Sequence record: MT446416.1
Reading direction: 5' to 3' (one strand)
Length of the DNA: 64,000 nucleotides
Origin: Escherichia virus TH47
Positions within the stretch are counted from its first letter, which is position 1, and every line of letters begins with the position of its first letter. Both the position numbers and the translations under genes were made by a program. Of this stretch, positions 1-9,355 are shown piece by piece. The notes beneath the pieces were generated by a model that saw nothing but the letters and a program-made list of their open reading frames with translations, searched no databases and was not told where the DNA came from.

Positions 1-277
1 CTCCATAATCAAGTTTAACCAACTTACCACACAGATACCCAAAGTTTTCAGGCTTCGCATCTGAATAGAAGAAGTCAGTACTTAACTCTGAATTCAATGC
101 TAAAGCACACAACTCCACCCAAAATAAACCCCTATGTTGTACTGGCTTACAACGTTTCTGTACAGTTACTAGTCCAGTACATGATGACCACAAAGTAGGA
201 CAGATACCAGTATCACTACGCTTGGAGTACTGCATCCATCAGTCGATTACGAGTACGTAGTTTCATATAAGTTATCC

Positions 278-832
278 TTATTTCAAAGAATCATAGTAAG
301 CAGTGTCAAAGATTGGAGTCATAATAACATAGTCAATACGGTCAATGTAAGTTGAACTCCACATTTCTGGTTTGTCATAAAATTGACGCTCGCGTTCATT
401 CATACGAGTCAGTACTTCTTCCAATTTACTACGTGAAGCCATCAATGTATTACGCGATCCATAAGTGAAGTACTCAGTCCATTGATATTCATATTCAGTA
501 CTGATAGATTGAATAGTACCATCTTTGAAATGAGCTAAGGCATATCCTTTCTCTACAAAGTTATCAGGTGGAAGAACACCATCTGGATTAGTTTTCAATG
601 CTTTGGTTAACTTTTCTTTAATTTCAGTTAACGTGCATACTGAACGAATGTTCTTCAGGTTTGATACTTGAAAATCACTGTACTTTCCAAAGAAAAATAC
701 ACGCCAATCTTTAGGTTCATTATCAGATACGGTAATATTCGGATGATGGGCGAGTAAACGAAGAAGGCCAGCTTTGTGACCGTTAATGTAGATCTCATGG
801 ATGTGGTTAGCAGTTTTCTTAAAAGTAATCAT
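278..832 (-). CDS. hypothetical protein (184 aa)
   Basis: Long minus-strand ORF; GAGGAA Shine-Dalgarno about 6 nt upstream of ATG at 832; no recognised motif. Confidence 0.55.
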   Translation of the reverse strand: MITFKKTANHIHEIYINGHKAGLLRLLAHHPNITVSDNEPKDWRVFFFGKYSDFQVSNLKNIRSVCTLTEIKEKLTKALKTNPDGVLPPDNFVEKGYALAHFKDGTIQSISTEYEYQWTEYFTYGSRNTLMASRSKLEEVLTRMNERERQFYDKPEMWSSTYIDRIDYVIMTPIFDTAYYDSLK

Positions 833-879
833 GACAATTCCTCGATTGTGGGGATGAGAAGTTCATCCCCTTGATAAAC

Positions 880-907
880 ATTATACAGTACTGAATGAGT
901 TTGTCAA
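880..907 (-). promoter_or_regulatory. sigma70-type promoter (TTGACA-N16-TATAAT) with TTCAGTACTG in spacer
   Basis: Minus-strand reading gttgacaaactcattcagtactgtataat; -35 at 902-907, -10 at 880-885; upstream of gene 278..832. Confidence 0.55.
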
Positions 908-908
908 C

Positions 909-1289
909 TCAAAATAAATTCATTTCATGTGCGTATTGTGGTTCAAGATGCGATAAGTTTTTGAAGCTTTCTTTCAACTCAGCATCATCTACATACACCG
1001 TGCCTGGTACATTCCCCATAGTGAAACCTACCCACACAGTCATGTCACCAGTCCCTAAGCGTGGCATTGATAGCGAACCATCAGGTGAAACATCAAACGC
1101 TACACTGAAGTCATCAGTAACAACGTCATAACCATTTTCGAGAATAATACATCCACTATCTTTAAGCTTCTGAATGTGGATAGCAGCCTCTACAGCACGT
1201 TTGAAGTTATAGTAAGACTCTTTATCCTCAAACATTGATTGTTTAATCAGACGCTTGTTTAGCTCGGTTACTTTGTGCATTTGACGCAT
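909..1289 (-). CDS. hypothetical protein (126 aa)
   Basis: ORF tiles with neighbours on minus strand; start abuts stop of upstream gene. Confidence 0.5.
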   Translation of the reverse strand: MRQMHKVTELNKRLIKQSMFEDKESYYNFKRAVEAAIHIQKLKDSGCIILENGYDVVTDDFSVAFDVSPDGSLSMPRLGTGDMTVWVGFTMGNVPGTVYVDDAELKESFKNLSHLEPQYAHEMNLF

Positions 1290-1546
1290 TACTTATCCAT
1301 CTCCAACAGTTGTAGAATTTCATAAGAGCCTGGTGGTGCTGGATTCCTGATCTCAGGGAATTGAGTACTTTTAGGATTACCACCAGCATTAAATTCATCA
1401 AGTAATGATTCGAGTTCATTCCTATCATGAACAACAAACACGCAATATCCAGTACCTTCTTCAAGAACAGTAGTTGAACCCGCACAATCCCATACTGTAT
1501 CAATACATAATAATTCTTTAGTGTTTTTGTTACGCAATGCAAACAT
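1289..1546 (-). CDS. hypothetical protein (85 aa)
   Basis: Protein-like composition; preferred over overlapping 1243..1701 which is Cys/Trp/His-rich and junk-like. Confidence 0.45.
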   Translation of the reverse strand: MFALRNKNTKELLCIDTVWDCAGSTTVLEEGTGYCVFVVHDRNELESLLDEFNAGGNPKSTQFPEIRNPAPPGSYEILQLLEMDK

Positions 1547-1555
1547 ATATGTCTC

Positions 1556-1924
1556 CTATCGATTCGGCATATTCTTTCGTAGTCGCAAGAGAAATTCAAC
1601 CACTGACCATGTTGAAATGAAGGTAATATAAGTTGCCAAGAATCCGGTAAGAATAAATGCAACCAGCGTACTACCATTTGGTCCATCTGCTTTAATACCA
1701 ATTATACCATCAACTACAGTGAAACATGTAGCCATTAGCGTGTAGCAGACGTACAACACAAAGAAGAACTCATTCTCCATTGAAGGGTAGAAACGGTTAA
1801 ACACTTTATAAAATTTAAAGTACAGTAGGATTATACCAACAAAGACATAAAATGTAAACAGGGTTGTTATAATATATGAGATTAGGTTCAAATTATACAT
1901 ATTAACGCTCCGGTAAATTATCAC
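1556..1924 (-). CDS. small multi-pass membrane protein, tandem paralog 1 of 3
   Basis: Hydrophobic segments; C-terminus ...RLRKNMPNR resembles the ends of the next two ORFs; true start may be the internal Met at about 1900. Confidence 0.5.
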   Translation of the reverse strand: MIIYRSVNMYNLNLISYIITTLFTFYVFVGIILLYFKFYKVFNRFYPSMENEFFFVLYVCYTLMATCFTVVDGIIGIKADGPNGSTLVAFILTGFLATYITFISTWSVVEFLLRLRKNMPNR

Positions 1925-2249
1925 GTAAGGTTTTAATTCGATTATACAATTTCACTGAAACATTACCAAATATACCATATCCAAGTACTAAAATGTATGC
2001 AATAAGCATAGTAATAATTACTATAGTGCCAAAACTATAATGTACACTACTGATACCCAATGTAGTTTCAACGATTATTTGGGAAAGAGAAAGAATCAAA
2101 AGTACAACTACAATAGGATGATTTGGATACATCCTATTAAATAGTGTTTTGTACTTGAAGAAGCAAAGCACTCCACCAAATAAGAAGTAAACAATGTAAA
2201 TGCAAGCAACAGCATAGGCAAACACGTTAGTGTAATAAATCATTATCAA
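1902..2249 (-). CDS. small multi-pass membrane protein, tandem paralog 2 of 3
   Basis: Same size and topology as neighbours; C-terminus ...KTLRDNLPER. Confidence 0.5.
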   Translation of the reverse strand: MIMIYYTNVFAYAVACIYIVYFLFGGVLCFFKYKTLFNRMYPNHPIVVVLLILSLSQIIVETTLGISSVHYSFGTIVIITMLIAYILVLGYGIFGNVSVKLYNRIKTLRDNLPER

Positions 2250-2252
2250 TCC

Positions 2253-2591
2253 TTATTTTTCAGGGATATTAGAACGCCATACATCAAGGCGATGGATCAG
2301 CTCAAAAAACAACCATACTGGAAAGAAAGATATCATAACACCAAGTGATAACCCGGTCAATACCGATACCAGATTTAATTCATCAGTACTATATCCACAT
2401 ATCAGTACTTCTAATATTCCCCACGTACACGCACAGAATACCAAGAATGAAATCGGTGCATCATAATAGATACGTTCATATAAAGTAGTGTATCGGAAGA
2501 ATGCAATAATGTAGCAAAACATGAAATATACCCACATCAATGACACTACATAGAATGACACTTTATTAATTAATTCAAAATTTTGTTCCAT
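2253..2591 (-). CDS. small multi-pass membrane protein, tandem paralog 3 of 3
   Basis: Same size and topology; C-terminus ...DVWRSNIPEK. Confidence 0.5.
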   Translation of the reverse strand: MEQNFELINKVSFYVVSLMWVYFMFCYIIAFFRYTTLYERIYYDAPISFLVFCACTWGILEVLICGYSTDELNLVSVLTGLSLGVMISFFPVWLFFELIHRLDVWRSNIPEK

Positions 2592-2592
2592 T

Positions 2593-2901
2593 TTATACCT
2601 TCAAATATTCAGAAAATAATGCATGAGCTTCTTCTATATTCTTGAGATAATACATATGATATAGATTTGGTTGACCATTTTTATAACTTAAATCGAAGTA
2701 CTTTAAACTATGCACCTTCATGACAAAAACAAATAATGACTTAAAACCAATCTCACCGTACTTAATAAACAGTTCATCTAAATGAATGTAACTCTTAGTT
2801 TCAGATAATTCCTTCACATCAGCTTCAATTTCTTGTAAGCGAAGTTTACCGATTAAGTTTTCAAATGAACGCATGATGTTGTTCCTTATGCTGGTACACA
2901 A
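2593..2901 (-). CDS. hypothetical protein (102 aa)
   Basis: ORF in minus-strand gene series. Confidence 0.45.
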   Translation of the reverse strand: MCTSIRNNIMRSFENLIGKLRLQEIEADVKELSETKSYIHLDELFIKYGEIGFKSLFVFVMKVHSLKYFDLSYKNGQPNLYHMYYLKNIEEAHALFSEYLKV

Positions 2902-3299
2902 TTTTTTATAATGAATACACGTTTCATGAATGAACTTTCATATACGTACTTCAGTTTACCATTTTCACGCATACGATGAAACACATCTTTACCACTAGTA
3001 CTCCAGGTTGAACCAGTCTCTGTATCAACATTGTTCATAACACCAGATGTTACGTTCACCCCGTACTTGAAGCTAAAGGTACTACCTTCTTCTACCAGAG
3101 GGATTGGTGTACTACGTTCATGTTCCAGTACAAGTTTACTGCCGATGATGTTGTACGAAGTTAGATTGCATTTTAAAACACCCATCTCTTGTGCAGTTGG
3201 GTAATTCTTCTCAAACAAATCAGATACTTCATTTGCATAACAAACTGAACTAATCATCAGAAGTAATGAACTGATAGAACGGAAAATAACTTTTAACAT
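2886..3299 (-). CDS. secreted protein with N-terminal signal peptide (137 aa)
   Basis: N-terminus MLKVIFRSISSLLLMISSVCYANE is signal-peptide-like. Confidence 0.5.
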   Translation of the reverse strand: MLKVIFRSISSLLLMISSVCYANEVSDLFEKNYPTAQEMGVLKCNLTSYNIIGSKLVLEHERSTPIPLVEEGSTFSFKYGVNVTSGVMNNVDTETGSTWSTSGKDVFHRMRENGKLKYVYESSFMKRVFIIKNCVPA

Positions 3300-3333
3300 G
3301 TTTGCCTCCAGTAGTTGATGAAATGATTATAGC

Positions 3334-3366
3334 AAAAAGGGCCGACCGAAGTCAACCCTTTTTTTA
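3334..3366 (-). terminator. rho-independent terminator, conserved GGGUUGAC-UUCG-GUCGGCCC hairpin plus U-run
   Basis: Plus strand aaaaagggccgaccgaagtcaacccttttttt; on the minus transcript a stem with UUCG tetraloop followed by a U tract; lies just past the stop of 3364..3747. Confidence 0.55.
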
Positions 3367-3747
3367 TATTTTACATATTATGTCTGGTTTTGGCTTTTCA
3401 TTCTTTGGCTTTTCAAATGGATTTGGCTTAGGGGACTTTTTATCTTTGTCATCTTTAGCTTTCTTTTTGTTTTCTTTTTTATCCGATTTGTCAGCTTTGT
3501 CTTTCTTATCCTTGGAATCTTTGTCAGCTTTAGATTGTGGTTCCTCACATACAGCAGCTTTTGGCTCCGGCATATCACATGAGTTATCCACAGGTTTAAT
3601 GAACTCTTTACAGTTGTAGAAGTATAAACTTTCATTGGTAGTAAGATTGTGGAATCTAAAGGTATTTTCACCATTAGTATATACTTTCTTAGTACTCTCA
3701 ATATCATTACACATTGCAACCGTGTCACCGGAATTCATGCTCGACAC
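3364..3747 (-). CDS. hypothetical protein with Lys/Asp-rich C-terminal tail (127 aa)
   Basis: ORF; preferred over the overlapping 3378..3728 frame which is poly-Lys junk. Confidence 0.4.
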   Translation of the reverse strand: MSSMNSGDTVAMCNDIESTKKVYTNGENTFRFHNLTTNESLYFYNCKEFIKPVDNSCDMPEPKAAVCEEPQSKADKDSKDKKDKADKSDKKENKKKAKDDKDKKSPKPNPFEKPKNEKPKPDIICKI

Positions 3748-3976
3748 CTAGTACATCAGATTTACGTTCAGATAGTATTCCAGACGTATATCGATCTTTG
3801 TTATCAAATGCATTGAACCCTATAGTTTTATTATTGTCATGTACTAATCCTCTAGTGTAAGACTTAGTATAGAACTCACCGTTTCTAAACTCCTGTCTAG
3901 CAATGGAGCACTGGTATTCAGTACTATAAGCTATATCAGTAAACAATACAAGTGAAAATAAAACATATTTAAACAT
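3725..3976 (-). CDS. small secreted protein (83 aa)
   Basis: Hydrophobic N-terminus MFKYVLFSLVLFTDIAYS. Confidence 0.45.
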   Translation of the reverse strand: MFKYVLFSLVLFTDIAYSTEYQCSIARQEFRNGEFYTKSYTRGLVHDNNKTIGFNAFDNKDRYTSGILSERKSDVLGVEHEFR

Positions 3977-4013
3977 TGCATTACCTCTTATAAAAACCCT
4001 CTACAATATTTAC

Positions 4014-4046
4014 AAAAAAAAAGGTTGACCGAAGTCAACCTTTTAA
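4014..4046. terminator. rho-independent terminator, conserved GGUUGAC-UUCG-GUCAACC hairpin (A/T runs on both sides)
   Basis: aaaaaaaaggttgaccgaagtcaacctttt immediately past the stop of 4051..5580. Confidence 0.6.
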
Positions 4047-4050
4047 ATGT

Positions 4051-5580
4051 TTATTTTTGATACTTGCTCATGATATCTTTTTCCCAAGAAGTTACGTTAC
4101 CATTGTCGTAATCCTTGAATGAGTTATCAAGTGTAGTTAGTGCATACTCATATGCTTCTGGTGATTCGATGTCAACATCATCTGCACCATTGACTAAATC
4201 AGACCAAGCCTTTTGAAGTTTACGAGCATTATTACCAACATTATTTTTAATCCAACTAATGTTTCTGTTGATACTTTTACTATCAGCCCCGGCTTTTTTA
4301 CCAATCTCTGATATCCACATCATTAGCTTTTGAAGTTCATGAATTGAGTTATCGTTCATTTCACGATCTTTAGAAAGTTCTGCTTCCATACCATCGGAAC
4401 CAGTACTGTCAGATGAACCAACGTCAATTCCATTTTTAGCTAATAGTTTACCAAGTTCAAAGAATGCAGCTTCAGCAGGGAAGTCATAACCTTTCTCTTT
4501 GTAGTTATTCCATGCACTATCAAACTCGTCAACAAAACGGTTAGCATAATCTGGATTTTTAACTAATGCTTTATATACTGCCATTGCATGTTCAAAACCT
4601 TCTTTATCTGACCCAAACTCTTCCATCTCAGGACGATGAATGTATCCATCCATATCAACGGTATCAGGTAGTTCTTCTTGCTCAGGCTCAACATCTTTCT
4701 GTTCAACTGCACCTTCTTCATCTTTACGTAGTAGATATCCATCAGGTGTCACTTTCTCACCATGTTCTGCTTCATACTTTTTCATGGTATTGAATGCAGC
4801 ATCCATAGCTGTTACGAAGCGACTTTTCTCACCTTGTACATAAGATTTAAGTGCACTATTAACAGCGTCAGATACGAGCTTAACCTTATCGTCTTTACCT
4901 TCTAAACGGTTTTCAAGTTTAGCCAGTACATTCTTGACTTGCTGGGCATTAGCACGGTCTGCTTTACCAATACTATCAAAAGTTTTAAGAATACCATCAA
5001 GACTTGCTTCACCCTGTTCAGGTTCTTTGGAATCTTCTTTGTGTGTACCTTCAAGTGCACGCATGATAGTACTGAATACTTCAGTAGGTTCAGTGCTCTT
5101 ATTACCTTTCATTGCATCAAGTACAGCTTGTGCTTTACCTTTGAGTTCTTCTTTAGGAACTGCCTGTAGTGCTTTGACAATACCCTGAATCAACTGTGGT
5201 TTGTTAGCAAATATCTTACCTAAGTTATCAGAAAGTTCTTTGACAGGGTTAGATGCTTTTGATTGTGCAGGTGCTTCTGGTTCTACTTCTGGACGTTCTT
5301 GTGCATTATCCATTGCAGCTAGTTGTTCTTTTTGATGAGCATTAAGTAATCCCAAAGCATTCATGTATTTTAATTTTTCATGTGGATTCATTTTGGAAGT
5401 ATCTGTTACTTCACCTGGCTTTGCATTTTCTACACCTTGTGCACCAGTGCTTTGGTTACGACTCATTTTTCTACCACTATGATAGTTTCCAGCAGGGCGG
5501 TACTCCGACTTGCGTTTTGAATGTTGAACAATTGCACCATTTCTGTGCTTCATATCACCATTATTATAATCACTAGGCAT
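4051..5580 (-). CDS. hypothetical protein (509 aa), largely hydrophilic and helical-looking
   Basis: Long ORF; strong SD aaggaggg about 6 nt upstream of ATG at 5580. Confidence 0.65.
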   Translation of the reverse strand: MPSDYNNGDMKHRNGAIVQHSKRKSEYRPAGNYHSGRKMSRNQSTGAQGVENAKPGEVTDTSKMNPHEKLKYMNALGLLNAHQKEQLAAMDNAQERPEVEPEAPAQSKASNPVKELSDNLGKIFANKPQLIQGIVKALQAVPKEELKGKAQAVLDAMKGNKSTEPTEVFSTIMRALEGTHKEDSKEPEQGEASLDGILKTFDSIGKADRANAQQVKNVLAKLENRLEGKDDKVKLVSDAVNSALKSYVQGEKSRFVTAMDAAFNTMKKYEAEHGEKVTPDGYLLRKDEEGAVEQKDVEPEQEELPDTVDMDGYIHRPEMEEFGSDKEGFEHAMAVYKALVKNPDYANRFVDEFDSAWNNYKEKGYDFPAEAAFFELGKLLAKNGIDVGSSDSTGSDGMEAELSKDREMNDNSIHELQKLMMWISEIGKKAGADSKSINRNISWIKNNVGNNARKLQKAWSDLVNGADDVDIESPEAYEYALTTLDNSFKDYDNGNVTSWEKDIMSKYQK

Positions 5581-5623
5581 CGTGTGCCCTCCTTTAACAT
5601 AAAATATATTATTATTTATTATA

Positions 5624-6808
5624 CTACTTAATACTGTTCACATCAAGTTCTTGTACATTATATGATTCAATTATTTTTATTAATTTTTCATATTCCGATT
5701 CATTGATTGTTTCAGTATACCCGTCCAAATAATTTATTTTATCAATAACTTTTCTTTTTATGCCACTCATATGTTTAATAAAATATTCAAGTTCTTTGAT
5801 TAAAATACCATCAGCACTGTAATATGTTTTATATTTTTCAGTTCTAAATAAGTTTTTATTATATTGTTCAAATCTGTATATATAGTTGTTTGTTATACCA
5901 AATTTATAATATAACCTACCATTACCTAGTACTCGATGTATATAAAAATACCCAGGTTTACTTGGGTCATATCCACCTCGACTACAACTTGGACAACCTC
6001 TTTTCTTTTGAACAATATTTTGATATCGAGTTGTCCATTCAGGATGTTCACATTCTGAACATTTTAATGTAATTAATGTATGTACATTTTTATATATAAA
6101 TGGTTTATAAGTATATCCGTTAGATGTGCAAATTTCATTAAGTCTTTTAATTGATTCATCTTGTGAAAGACAAAGTTTTCTAGCTGTGGATTGATTTCCA
6201 CATTTTGCACATCCATTACCTTGATATACAAATTTATCATAACTTAAACTAAATTCATCATGGTCGGGATTGCAACATTTTAATGTAATTTTAGTTCTAT
6301 TATTTTTATATTCAAAAGGTTTATAAGTATATCCAGTAGTATTACATATGTTATTTACATTTAATTCTGCTTGTTGTTGGGTTAATTTTAACTTTCCACC
6401 ACATTCAATACATCCATTTTTCTTATTAACTAAAGAATTATAATTAGTTTCATGTGGTTTATGGGAGGCAACTCCACAATGAATTATTATTTTTGTTCCT
6501 ATAGCACCTTTAAAATCAAAGGGTTCATAAGTATATCCTTTTAATTCACATATTTCATGAACTTTAGTTCTTGCTGTTTTTTCTTTTAAAGAATTTCTTC
6601 CTTTACATTCTGGACACCCAGTTCTTTTATAAATGAATTTACTAAATTTACATTTCCATTCTTCATGTTTAAAGTTATCACATTTAAGTTCTAATATTGT
6701 TTTAGTGTTAATATAAGTGAAAGGTTTATATGTATAATTTTGTTCTAAACATCTGTTCGCTACTATTTTTTCAGCTTCTTCTTGTGTTAATCGTATCCCA
6801 CTAGCCAT
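5624..6808 (-). CDS. repeat-containing protein with putative C-terminal GIY-YIG nuclease domain (394 aa)
   Basis: Four tandem modules of about 65 aa each with GYTY[KE]PF...LKC...GC.[EK]C; C-terminal GYFYIHRVLGNGRLYYKFGIT resembles the GIY-x10-YIG motif. Confidence 0.45.
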   Translation of the reverse strand: MASGIRLTQEEAEKIVANRCLEQNYTYKPFTYINTKTILELKCDNFKHEEWKCKFSKFIYKRTGCPECKGRNSLKEKTARTKVHEICELKGYTYEPFDFKGAIGTKIIIHCGVASHKPHETNYNSLVNKKNGCIECGGKLKLTQQQAELNVNNICNTTGYTYKPFEYKNNRTKITLKCCNPDHDEFSLSYDKFVYQGNGCAKCGNQSTARKLCLSQDESIKRLNEICTSNGYTYKPFIYKNVHTLITLKCSECEHPEWTTRYQNIVQKKRGCPSCSRGGYDPSKPGYFYIHRVLGNGRLYYKFGITNNYIYRFEQYNKNLFRTEKYKTYYSADGILIKELEYFIKHMSGIKRKVIDKINYLDGYTETINESEYEKLIKIIESYNVQELDVNSIK

Positions 6809-6853
6809 GAAATATAATCCTTGAATCTTTGTTATTTCATATATTTACTATAT

Positions 6854-6886
6854 AAAAAAAAGGCTGACCGAAGTCAACCCCTTTTA
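6854..6886 (-). terminator. rho-independent terminator, conserved hairpin
   Basis: aaaaaaaaggctgaccgaagtcaacccctttt past the stop of 6888..7094. Confidence 0.55.
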
Positions 6887-6887
6887 A

Positions 6888-7094
6888 TTATTTTTTAAAC
6901 TTATGTTTTTCGCCGTCAATAGAGTTCACGATGACATCATGAATCTTGCGAAGGTTATGAGTTTTCTTTAGTGCTTCATGTAGTGCACGGAATGCTGCGT
7001 GTACTGTTGCCTTGAAGTGCTCTTTAGGAGTCACTTTAAGTTTCTCAATGATATCACGTACATAAATTGGATGATCTTCAAATACACGATTCAA
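6888..7094 (-). CDS. hypothetical protein (68 aa)
   Basis: Small ORF in gene series. Confidence 0.4.
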   Translation of the reverse strand: MNRVFEDHPIYVRDIIEKLKVTPKEHFKATVHAAFRALHEALKKTHNLRKIHDVIVNSIDGEKHKFKK

Positions 7095-7109
7095 TTCATG
7101 GCCTAGTGA

Positions 7110-7271
7110 TTATAAACTGAAAGCTTTTTCGCGTGAAGGACGATCATGTGCAAGACTTTGGTCAGGCTTTAGTAGACCTAGTGAATCAAGATACTTATGC
7201 TTATGTGCATTATCAATTCCAGAAATATCCACATCATGCGATGGATCTTTCTTATTCCATTTATCAACCAT
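7110..7271 (-). CDS. small hypothetical protein (53 aa), not in the supplied track
   Basis: Hand translation MVDKWNKKDPSHDVDISGIDNAHKHKYLDSLGLLKPDQSLAHDRPSRRKSFSL; aaggag SD 6 nt upstream; fills an otherwise empty gap. Confidence 0.4.
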   Translation of the reverse strand: MVDKWNKKDPSHDVDISGIDNAHKHKYLDSLGLLKPDQSLAHDRPSREKAFSL

Positions 7272-7382
7272 TTCACACTCCTTAAAGAGATAAATTACTT
7301 TAATATTTATACTTCATGTGCTGTTTATTTCCACAGACACTTAAGATTATATCACATATGAAATGGTTGTTCCAAAGTCAAA

Positions 7383-7859
7383 TCAGTACTGTTTAAGTTC
7401 TGAACTGAAGATAAAGGAATCCATATCTTCTAGTGTTAACTTCAAGTCCGGTGTGTACTTTAATATCACACATTCAGGTTTCTTAATGGCAGCTTGATAG
7501 GCAGCAATTGCCAACTGTTGAAGCTGCTCTGGTGTGTAGTTCATGCGTTCTGCATTGAATACGATGTTGTTAATATCACCACCTGGCAGCTTCTCAAACT
7601 CACGCATAACAGCAGCCATCACATCATCAGATGTATTCTTATAAGCCCAATGAGGTAGTTGCATAACATCATAAATCTCGCCATTGTCGTTCATAAGAGA
7701 GATCCATTTTTTACCGTCCGATGAACTAAACAGACGACCTTTAATAGCAATGTTCTCTACCAAATTAACAAAGGCAAATATGTCTTGCTCATTTAGTTCA
7801 ATGCTATTAACGTTAATCCAACCCATACTACATCTCCAGTTATAAATCACGAACGACAT
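7383..7859 (-). CDS. hypothetical protein (158 aa)
   Basis: ORF in gene series. Confidence 0.5.
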   Translation of the reverse strand: MSFVIYNWRCSMGWINVNSIELNEQDIFAFVNLVENIAIKGRLFSSSDGKKWISLMNDNGEIYDVMQLPHWAYKNTSDDVMAAVMREFEKLPGGDINNIVFNAERMNYTPEQLQQLAIAAYQAAIKKPECVILKYTPDLKLTLEDMDSFIFSSELKQY

Positions 7860-8412
7860 TCATTAAACACAATTTGGGCTTTATCGCATTCAAAACCCAT
7901 ATGCATTCTTTGTAAGTTGCTATTATAGCATCTAAATGCTCAGTTACAATGCTTTCTTGAAAATATTCTTCTTCATTGAGTTTTGCTAAATTAGTCACAT
8001 CACATGTAGGTACTATAGGTCTGGATTGTACACCCATTCCATTATTGATATTGGTAAAATGTAAAAAATTGTACTTCACCACACCGTTATCTACACTTAT
8101 GATGCATGTCAAATGTTCCAACTCAGTTAGTTCGGTATTACAAGTGACATGAATGAATCCAGCATTATAGGCTCTATAATCATCTACTAATATCTCAAAA
8201 TCATTACGTTCAAATATAAGTGAAATGAGTTTGTCTTGTGGTTTAACCTTCTGAAATTTTACCGAATTTACGTATGATACTTTAATCTTAGATGAAATTA
8301 TCTTTTTACTAAGTGCAGTTAATTCTTCTTTAGCCTTAAAAGTTAAAGTTATAGGTCTAAATCTAGAACTTTTGTTCTTCTTTGATACTTTGAACTTACC
8401 TTTTCTATTCAT
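7840..8412 (-). CDS. FQxS-motif paralog family member (190 aa)
   Basis: C-terminal EEEYFQESIVTEHL matches the family motif. Confidence 0.5.
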   Translation of the reverse strand: MNRKGKFKVSKKNKSSRFRPITLTFKAKEELTALSKKIISSKIKVSYVNSVKFQKVKPQDKLISLIFERNDFEILVDDYRAYNAGFIHVTCNTELTELEHLTCIISVDNGVVKYNFLHFTNINNGMGVQSRPIVPTCDVTNLAKLNEEEYFQESIVTEHLDAIIATYKECIWVLNAIKPKLCLMNVVRDL

Positions 8413-8466
8413 TAATTAAACCCCACATAAAGTAAAAGGGATGGCATATTACCAACCCTATATCTT

Positions 8467-8718
8467 TTATTTTTTAATAGATTCATAAAGCAGAAACAAC
8501 CAAATAAACATTGATGAACAAACTACTACTGGGATTAATGTAAATTCAGTAAAGAATAAAAGTATTCCATAAGTTAGTATGCAACATAAGTTTACGTACA
8601 TAATTGCTTCTGCATTTTTATTTTTCATTTTATATGCAATGAATGTTGGTGACCACATTACCAAAAATGCAAACAACGCACATATGATGATTACAGTTTC
8701 CATATTACACCTCCGCAA
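8467..8718 (-). CDS. small membrane protein (83 aa)
   Basis: Two hydrophobic segments; likely start at METVII. Confidence 0.45.
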   Translation of the reverse strand: MRRCNMETVIIICALFAFLVMWSPTFIAYKMKNKNAEAIMYVNLCCILTYGILLFFTEFTLIPVVVCSSMFIWLFLLYESIKK

Positions 8719-8774
8719 AATAATGTTCTGTACTGCTATTATTTACAGAGAATATCTAAAAAAATTGATCTAGA

Positions 8775-8999
8775 TCAATTTTTAGTCACTTTACAATTTG
8801 AATCTTTTTTGTACTGAACAATCACATTGTTCTTAAGGAAGATGATGGTCCCATAGGAACCTTGGGCTGCAACTTCAACAATATGGTTCTTATATGTTTC
8901 AGTATACCCTTCCATCTCGTTGATACACACTACATGATACTTTGGTTTAGCACATACAACAGTACTCAAGAATAGCAGTACTAGTACTAGATATTTCAT
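8775..8999 (-). CDS. small secreted protein (74 aa)
   Basis: Signal-like N-terminus MKYLVLVLLFLSTVVCA. Confidence 0.5.
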   Translation of the reverse strand: MKYLVLVLLFLSTVVCAKPKYHVVCINEMEGYTETYKNHIVEVAAQGSYGTIIFLKNNVIVQYKKDSNCKVTKN

Positions 9000-9015
9000 T
9001 TTATTACCTTATAAA

Positions 9016-9047
9016 CAAGAACAGGAATCCTTTTACGGATTCCTATA
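9016..9047 (-). terminator. putative terminator hairpin
   Basis: aggaatcc-ttttac-ggattcct inverted repeat just past the stop of 9050..9343. Confidence 0.35.
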
Positions 9048-9049
9048 AT

Positions 9050-9343
9050 TTAGTCCTTTAATGTACCATTGTGTAAACGATTATACACATCATTGCGACG
9101 CAACGCAACAATATCTTCAGCGTACTTCATTGTAAACGCCCATGCTTTTGGATGCACATTAAGCTTCATACGAATGCGATTCTTCATCAATTCACCGCTT
9201 AGGCGAACAAACTCATGAACACCACGACTTCCGTACTCTGAAATCAAATCATTGATGTACATGTTGCGAAGGGTTTCGTCTGTACATTCTTTAACCATTT
9301 CTACGTCTGCCACGATGCTTGCATTTACTGAAGTACTGATCAT
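9050..9343 (-). CDS. hypothetical protein (97 aa)
   Basis: ORF in gene series. Confidence 0.5.
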   Translation of the reverse strand: MISTSVNASIVADVEMVKECTDETLRNMYINDLISEYGSRGVHEFVRLSGELMKNRIRMKLNVHPKAWAFTMKYAEDIVALRRNDVYNRLHNGTLKD

Positions 9344-9355
9344 TTTTAAGTTACC

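Noticed and set aside
1243-1701. 152-aa minus-strand ORF overlapping 1289..1546 and 1556..1924
   Set aside because: Cys/His/Trp-rich junk-like sequence that spans two better gene models in other frames
3400-3560. Possible short tandem nucleotide repeat or CRISPR-like periodicity in the ctttgtc/ctttttt-rich segment
   Set aside because: It is low-complexity coding sequence giving the Lys/Asp-rich tail of 3364..3747, with no regular repeat-spacer structure
3378-3728. 116-aa Lys-rich ORF
   Set aside because: Alternative frame of 3364..3747 produced by an AT-rich repetitive segment; poly-Lys/Thr composition
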